From: a bacterium
GTDB lineage: Bacteria; SZUA-182; DTGQ01; JAFGSM01
Length of the DNA stretch: 15,557 nucleotides
Assembly: GCA_049472355.1 (NCBI GenBank)
Contig: JBLIRP010000087.1
Span: 1 to 15,557 of the forward strand
Reading direction: 5' to 3'
The notes beneath the pieces are model-generated. The model did not search any database. It was not told the DNA's origin and saw only the letters and a list, made by a program, of their open reading frames with translations. Shown one piece after another: positions 10,186-15,557 of the stretch; position 1 is the first letter of the stretch, and each line of letters starts with the position of its first letter. Position numbers and translations under genes: made by a program.

Positions 10186-10305
10186 TTCTACACTACCAAA
10201 TAATGTAGTATCGCCAGCCGCAGGATTTCACGACCGGAATTCCCGACGCCCTATTCCAACGGACAGGGGGTCACGTCACGCCACATAGTGGGGGGAGAGA
10301 GACTT

Positions 10306-12456
10306 ATGGATTCTCTACAACAGGTGGAATTGAGCGCCACCAATCAACCGTCAGTGACTTCTCAGGACAGGAAGATCAAGCAGTTCCCCTATTCGGATGC
10401 GGAAACCACCGATCTTTCCCTCTTTGTCCGAACATCCGAGGAAGACTTCGTCTCATGGGACAGGGGCAAGATTGTGGAGGCCCTCATCAGGGAGACATAT
10501 ATCGACACCGATACCGCGGACCTTATCAGCCGGGAAGTGGAACACCAGATCATGTCTTCCCGGATCAAGATCATCACCTCACCGCTCATCAGGGAGATGG
10601 TCGATGCGAAGCTGATCGAATACGGCCTGGAACGGGCGCGCCTCATGCACACACGCCTTGGAATGCCGCTGTATGACGTTGATCAGCTCATCATGCACCA
10701 CAACAAGGAAAACGCCAATGTTCCTCACGGCCCTGAGGCCACCAATCTCACCCTCGCCGAAAATATCAAGAAGGAATACGCTCTCCTCAATGTCTTTACC
10801 CAGGAAGTGGCTGATGCGCACATGCGCGGGGATATCCACATCCATGACCTGGGATTCTGTGACCGGCCGTATTGCTCCGGCCAGTCCCTGGAATATGTCA
10901 AAAAATTCGGTCTCAACCTTCCCAACGCACTCTCAATAGCTAAGCCTGCAAAACATCCCGAGGTCCTGCTGGCCCATATGGTGAAATTTGCAGCCAGTTT
11001 GCAGGGGCACTTTGCCGGCGCCATCGGGTGGGATGCAGTGAATCTCTTCTTTGCACCGTACCTCGTGGACCTCTCAGACCGCGATGTCCGCCAGCTCGCG
11101 CAGATCATGATCTTCGAATTCTCACAGCAGGCGGTTGCTCGAGGCGGCCAAGCCATATTCAGCGATATCAATCTGTACTGGGAGGTGCCGAAACATTTTG
11201 AAGACGTCCCGGCTATCGGCCCTGGGGGGGAGTACACAGGCAAGACCTATTCGGAATATATCCACGATGCGCAGCGTTTTGCCTGGGCCTTGTTTGACGT
11301 CTACAAAGAAGGGGATGGTTCGGGACGTCCATTCTTCTTTCCCAAGCCCCTGGTCCACATCACGGAAAAGTTCTTCAAGACCCCCGGCCATCAGGATTTC
11401 CTCCTCCACATCTGCGATATTGCAGCAGAAAAGGGAAACACCTATTTCGTGTTCGATCGTGGGGACACGGCAAAGATCTCGGAGTGTTGCAGGCTTAGCT
11501 TCAAATTAAAGGATTCGGACCTTTTGGACGCCAAGTATCCCTGGAAGATGCGTTACTCCGCCCTGCAAAACGTCACCCTCAACCTCCCGCGGATCGGCCT
11601 TCAGGCGGAGGGGAACGATGCCATCCTCTTTTCGCGTCTCACCGAACTCATGGAGCTTGCAGCAGAGACCCACATGCAAAAACGGGTCTTCATCGAAAGG
11701 CTCCTCTCCCTCGGGGAAACGGGACCGCTGGCACTCCTCACCATGAAACAGGACGGGGAGCCCTACCTGAGGCTGGAACGGGCCTCCTACCTCATCGGCA
11801 TGGTAGGGCTCAACGAGATGGTGAATATTCACATAGGACAGGAGTTGCACCAATCCAAGGATGCGTACATGCTGGGGCTCAAGGTCATCTCCCACATGAA
11901 GCTCATGGCGGATCGGCTCTCGGAACGGCACAACATGCACTTCGTCCTGGAGCAAACCCCTGCCGAGAGCACGGCCTACCGGTTTGCAAAGCTGGACCAG
12001 AAGCACTACGCCCCCCGGGCAAACGATTTCCTCCAGGGGAATGCCGCCACGGGTGAGGTCTACTACACCAACTCCACCTATCTGAATGTGAAAACCGACG
12101 TCAACCCCATCGAACGGGTGAGAAAGGAGGGGGTGTTTCACCCCCTCATCGAGGCGGGGTCCCTGACGCATATCTGGCTGGGTGAATCACACCCATCCAA
12201 GGAGTCGCTGGCCAATTTCGTGGTGAAGGTATTCCGGAATACGAGCAACGACCAGATTGCCTTTTCCCCGGAATTCACCACGTGTACGGAATGTCACCGA
12301 ACCGCCCGGGGACTCAATCCGGCCTGCACCTTTTGCGGCTCGGACAAGGTCGAGGGGATCACCCGAATCACCGGTTACTTCACCAAGATATCCAGTTGGA
12401 ATAAAGGGAAACTCGGAGAATTGAGGGATCGTTACCGCATCGACACCATGACCTGA
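10306..12456 (+). CDS. nrdD: Class III (anaerobic) ribonucleoside-triphosphate reductase with N-terminal ATP cone
   Basis: ATP cone (VRTSEEDFVSWDRGKIVEALIRET...IREMVDAKL), GDIHIHDL, RPYC, RGGQAIFS, FFFPKP, ISECCRL, EQTPAEST, YYTNS, Zn ribbon CTEC...CTFC, glycyl-radical motif RITGY. ATG 10306 is preferred (GGAG upstream); the ORF track uses GTG 10288. Confidence 0.97.
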   Translation: MDSLQQVELSATNQPSVTSQDRKIKQFPYSDAETTDLSLFVRTSEEDFVSWDRGKIVEALIRETYIDTDTADLISREVEHQIMSSRIKIITSPLIREMVDAKLIEYGLERARLMHTRLGMPLYDVDQLIMHHNKENANVPHGPEATNLTLAENIKKEYALLNVFTQEVADAHMRGDIHIHDLGFCDRPYCSGQSLEYVKKFGLNLPNALSIAKPAKHPEVLLAHMVKFAASLQGHFAGAIGWDAVNLFFAPYLVDLSDRDVRQLAQIMIFEFSQQAVARGGQAIFSDINLYWEVPKHFEDVPAIGPGGEYTGKTYSEYIHDAQRFAWALFDVYKEGDGSGRPFFFPKPLVHITEKFFKTPGHQDFLLHICDIAAEKGNTYFVFDRGDTAKISECCRLSFKLKDSDLLDAKYPWKMRYSALQNVTLNLPRIGLQAEGNDAILFSRLTELMELAAETHMQKRVFIERLLSLGETGPLALLTMKQDGEPYLRLERASYLIGMVGLNEMVNIHIGQELHQSKDAYMLGLKVISHMKLMADRLSERHNMHFVLEQTPAESTAYRFAKLDQKHYAPRANDFLQGNAATGEVYYTNSTYLNVKTDVNPIERVRKEGVFHPLIEAGSLTHIWLGESHPSKESLANFVVKVFRNTSNDQIAFSPEFTTCTECHRTARGLNPACTFCGSDKVEGITRITGYFTKISSWNKGKLGELRDRYRIDTMT

Positions 12457-12571
12457 GATGGTTTTCATGCATCTGCCGGCATGAATTATCGATACAAAGA
12501 AGAGACGATAAAGAGACTACATAAGGATACACATCAACCACTATATAATGAATAAGGGGGGGGAGGTACCT

Positions 12572-12859
12572 ATGTCCTCGATCAAGCTTTTCTGGAAACA
12601 AAATTGCCCGAAATGCCCTGCAGCGAAACAGGTGTACCACGATCTGGTGTCAGAAGGCTTCGAAACCAACGAGTACGACCTCAACACCGCCGATGGCCTG
12701 GCAGAAGGAGCGTACCATGGCGTCCTCTCCACCCCGACCCTTTTGGTTATCGATGAGAACGATCGGGAGCTGCTCCAGTGGCGAGGGGACGTACCCACCT
12801 TTGCCGAGATTAAGGCAGTCTTGATGAACAATGATATCAAACCCCGGCGCCACTGCTGA
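12572..12859 (+). CDS. nrdH: Thioredoxin/glutaredoxin-like protein (NrdH-like redoxin of the class III RNR cluster)
   Basis: ATG 12572 with SD GGAGGT; IKLFWKQNCPKC (CxxC), GLAEGAYHGVLSTPTLL (cis-Pro loop); lies between nrdD and nrdG. Confidence 0.85.
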   Translation: MSSIKLFWKQNCPKCPAAKQVYHDLVSEGFETNEYDLNTADGLAEGAYHGVLSTPTLLVIDENDRELLQWRGDVPTFAEIKAVLMNNDIKPRRHC

Positions 12860-13580
12860 CAGGGGGGGAGAACTCCCTGCGATCAAGGCCGTTATCCAGG
12901 CATCCTTCTTGGATTGGCGGGGTATGATCAGTTCCGTCGTATTTCTCGGTGCATGTAATTTTCGTTGTCCCTATTGCCATAACAGCGATCTTGTGCTCTG
13001 TCCGGAGAGGCTGCCCACCTTCCCGCTCGATGAGGTTCGGGACTACCTGAACACCTACGAAAACTGGCTGGATGGAGTCGTCATAAGCGGCGGGGAGCCT
13101 TGTATCAATCCCGGGCTCCCTGCCCTTATCGCGGAATTAAGGGCACTCGGGCTGAAGATCAAACTGGATACCAACGGTTCCCGTCCTGAGGTACTCGAAC
13201 AACTCATACAGGATGGGATGCTCGACTATGTGGCCATGGATTTCAAGGCGCCGCTCAATGAATTCAGCTACCGCCGTTGCGCCGGTGTGCGGGCGGATGT
13301 CGCTGCCATCGGCCGCAGCATCGATCTGCTGCGTGCGGGAGCCATCGACTATGAATTCAGGGTGACCATCTGCCCCGGGCTTCTGGACACCGATGATCTC
13401 CTCAGCATGGGGGAACGGATCCAGGGTGCACGCCGTTTTACGCTCCAAGGCTTTGCGCCCCACAACACCCTGGACTCCTCATTTGCTGAACGTGCACCCT
13501 ATTCCAATGAAAAACTGGATGAGATGAGGCACGCCGTGGCCCCTTTTGTGGAGGAATGCCTCCTCGTCCCCTCCCCCTGA
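12831..13580 (+). CDS. nrdG: Anaerobic ribonucleotide reductase activating enzyme (radical SAM)
   Basis: SFLDW, CNFRCPYCHN (CX3CX2C), GVVISGGEP, KLDTNGS, DYVAMDFKAP, YEFRVT; adjacent to nrdD and nrdH. Overlaps nrdH by 29 nt, so the start is uncertain. Confidence 0.93.
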   Translation: MISNPGATADRGGELPAIKAVIQASFLDWRGMISSVVFLGACNFRCPYCHNSDLVLCPERLPTFPLDEVRDYLNTYENWLDGVVISGGEPCINPGLPALIAELRALGLKIKLDTNGSRPEVLEQLIQDGMLDYVAMDFKAPLNEFSYRRCAGVRADVAAIGRSIDLLRAGAIDYEFRVTICPGLLDTDDLLSMGERIQGARRFTLQGFAPHNTLDSSFAERAPYSNEKLDEMRHAVAPFVEECLLVPSP

Positions 13581-13800
13581 CACCCGCCAATCCCAACAGG
13601 ACAAATTTCTTTGCCATTACATCGTACAAAAGAACAGGATTTGCATGTCTTTTATAGATGATACCCTGAATATCCAGGTATGGATTATAATTATATAGCA
13701 TGAGATAATGGTAAATTATTGTATATACTTAATTCCTCTACACGTGGACAGGGAGTGAGTGCACGACATTCATTCGTTGAACAGAAAGATTTTGCATACA

Positions 13801-15557
13801 ATGAGACAACATTCACCCTCTTACGGGGGCATATGGTGTGCCCTGTATATCATACTGCTCATCCTCATCCCCTCCCCTCTCTCGGGACAGGTCGTGGTGC
13901 AGGGGATTACCCCAACGGTGAGCTTACAGACCTCACAGGAATTGTTCTTCCTCTCCGGACAGGGCTTTTCATCGGAGGACACCGTTGTCCTGGTGGGAAG
14001 CCCGCCCCGGACCAGGTGGCAGTTACCCGCCATCGATCCTGAAAAACATGACCAAGGGGCCCGGATAAGCACCGTCAAGGTGCGGGGCAATCGTGCCTAT
14101 GTGGTCGAGGATGCCACAACACTCCATATCCTGAACATCGAGGCCCCCGAGCAACCCGTGCTCCTTGGCACCCTGAGCGATAATCGGTTCGGCAACATCA
14201 CCCAGATCTGGCCCACCGATAAATACCTCTATATGGCCGATTTGAATTACGGCATCTGGGTGGCGGATATCGCCGATCCCATGAACCCGTTTCTGGTGGG
14301 TAACGGCGGGCCGAATTATTCCTTCCCCACGCCGACCACCACTGGCCTCTTTGTGCGGGGGACCACAATCTTCAGCATCAACTGGCAAACAGGGCTCCAG
14401 ATCATTGAACAGATCCCGAACGGCCAGCTCAGGCCCAGAGGGAGCATCCCCATATCCGGGACCCCCTTTGATATCGTGCTCAATGAGAGCATTGCCTACG
14501 TGGCCATAGGCCCTGCAGTGCAGATCTTCAATGTGGGCAATATGGACAACCCCACCTACCTTTCCCAGATGACACAGATCCCGAGCGATGCGCCGAATAT
14601 CCGGAAACTCGCCATCAAGGATAACGTGCTCTACCTGGTCGACCGGGACTTCGGCATCCATGTCGCCGACCTTGTCACCCCCGCCGCTCCGAAAATCATC
14701 GCAAGCCTTTTTCTTACCGGACAGACCAAGGCAATCCATATCACCGGCACCTTTGCCATCACCGCCAACGGTTATAAAGGGCTTCACATCATCAACCTCG
14801 CCCGGAAGGAAAGCCCGCGGATATTCGGTAATATTTACACCCATGGCGATGCAACGGAAATCGCCCCCTATCCCGGTTACCTCTTGATTGCAAACGGCAT
14901 CGAGGGATTGGGCATCGTTGAGGCGCCCTCCTTTACCCATCCTGCATTCCTGGCATCGTTCCCCACCGGGGATTATCCATGGGCCATCGCCTGCAAGGAG
15001 GATTTCGCCTTCCTGAGCAACGGCAGATCAGGGCTCAGGGTGATCCGGACCGCCCAACCGCGGCTCCCCAAGATCGTGTCCACCATCCCCACCACACAGA
15101 CGGCCACCTTCTCAGCGGTGAGCGGCAATACATTGTATCTGGCCGATTCCACCCGGTTCAGGACCTATGACATCTCCATTCCCTCCCTGCCCCTTTCCCT
15201 GGGGAGCCTGGCCCTGAACGACATCATCATGTCCTTTGTGATTCATGGAAACTATGCATACCTCGCCAACTTCGGGTTCTGGGTAAAATCCGTCGACATA
15301 TCCAAACCAAAGACCCCCCTGCTCAAGGGGTCCGCATACAGCGACTACAGTTGGGGACTTTCCTCCGATATCGACTTCGACCAGGGGATCGCCTATGTGG
15401 CGAACGGCCCTGCAGGCCTTTGGATCATCGATTTTTATATTCCCTCGTCTCCATTAACGTTATCAGATGAGCTCACCCAGTTCAGCATGGCCAGCAACAT
15501 CAAAAAATATCAGGATCGCCTCTATTTAACCAACGGGCCGGATGGTATCGAGGTCAT
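13801..15557 (+). CDS. Secreted LVIVD-repeat beta-propeller protein; 3' end outside the window
   Basis: Translated by hand (frame 1, no stop in window, not in the ORF track). Signal-peptide-like MRQHSPSYGGIWCALYIILLILIPSPLSGQ, then about a dozen ~40-aa repeats such as YLYMADLNYGIWVADIADPMNPFLVG, YAYLANFGFWVKSVDISKPKTPLLKG and IAYVANGPAGLWIIDF. Alternative in-frame GTG at 13759. Confidence 0.88.
   Translation, partial: MRQHSPSYGGIWCALYIILLILIPSPLSGQVVVQGITPTVSLQTSQELFFLSGQGFSSEDTVVLVGSPPRTRWQLPAIDPEKHDQGARISTVKVRGNRAYVVEDATTLHILNIEAPEQPVLLGTLSDNRFGNITQIWPTDKYLYMADLNYGIWVADIADPMNPFLVGNGGPNYSFPTPTTTGLFVRGTTIFSINWQTGLQIIEQIPNGQLRPRGSIPISGTPFDIVLNESIAYVAIGPAVQIFNVGNMDNPTYLSQMTQIPSDAPNIRKLAIKDNVLYLVDRDFGIHVADLVTPAAPKIIASLFLTGQTKAIHITGTFAITANGYKGLHIINLARKESPRIFGNIYTHGDATEIAPYPGYLLIANGIEGLGIVEAPSFTHPAFLASFPTGDYPWAIACKEDFAFLSNGRSGLRVIRTAQPRLPKIVSTIPTTQTATFSAVSGNTLYLADSTRFRTYDISIPSLPLSLGSLALNDIIMSFVIHGNYAYLANFGFWVKSVDISKPKTPLLKGSAYSDYSWGLSSDIDFDQGIAYVANGPAGLWIIDFYIPSSPLTLSDELTQFSMASNIKKYQDRLYLTNGPDGIEV

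Noticed and set aside
12556..12868. G8 run in the nrdH RBS region and G7 run near the nrdG start as phase-variation tracts
   Set aside because: Short tracts; similar G/C runs occur throughout the housekeeping genes and all frames are intact.
13719..15170. ORFs 13719..14042, 13821..14090, 14023..14940, 14588..14887 and 14979..15170
   Set aside because: Alternative-frame or antisense shadows of the LVIVD gene in frame +1.

Overview
Chromosomal window from a GC-rich bacterium, probably an anaerobe of deltaproteobacterial/Desulfobacterota type (inferred from gene content only). Left arm, minus strand: a tightly coupled 7-gene run eno-ftsB-UDP-glucuronate decarboxylase-UDP-sugar epimerase-pyrR-pyrB-pyrC, then a decayed IS200-type left end with a dead tnpA start (~2154-2400), then a membrane PAS-PAS histidine kinase that runs off the window. 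Right arm, plus strand: a class III ribonucleotide reductase cluster nrdD-nrdH(thioredoxin-like)-nrdG, and a secreted LVIVD-repeat beta-propeller protein that runs off the window. The kinase and the LVIVD gene are absent from the supplied ORF track because they are incomplete. The two arms diverge from a 1.1 kb AT-rich intergenic region that is the most interesting part. It holds three conserved mini-hairpin repeats just upstream of the eno RBS, a 16-bp-period triple direct repeat, a cluster of DnaA boxes, and a sigma70 promoter overlapped by a near-perfect NrdR box. The PyrR has no adjacent attenuator and appears to lack much of the canonical RNA-binding surface. No CRISPR array, tRNA or rRNA was seen. 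Nothing here is proven novel; the best candidates are the eno-leader repeats and the DnaA/NrdR divergent control region.
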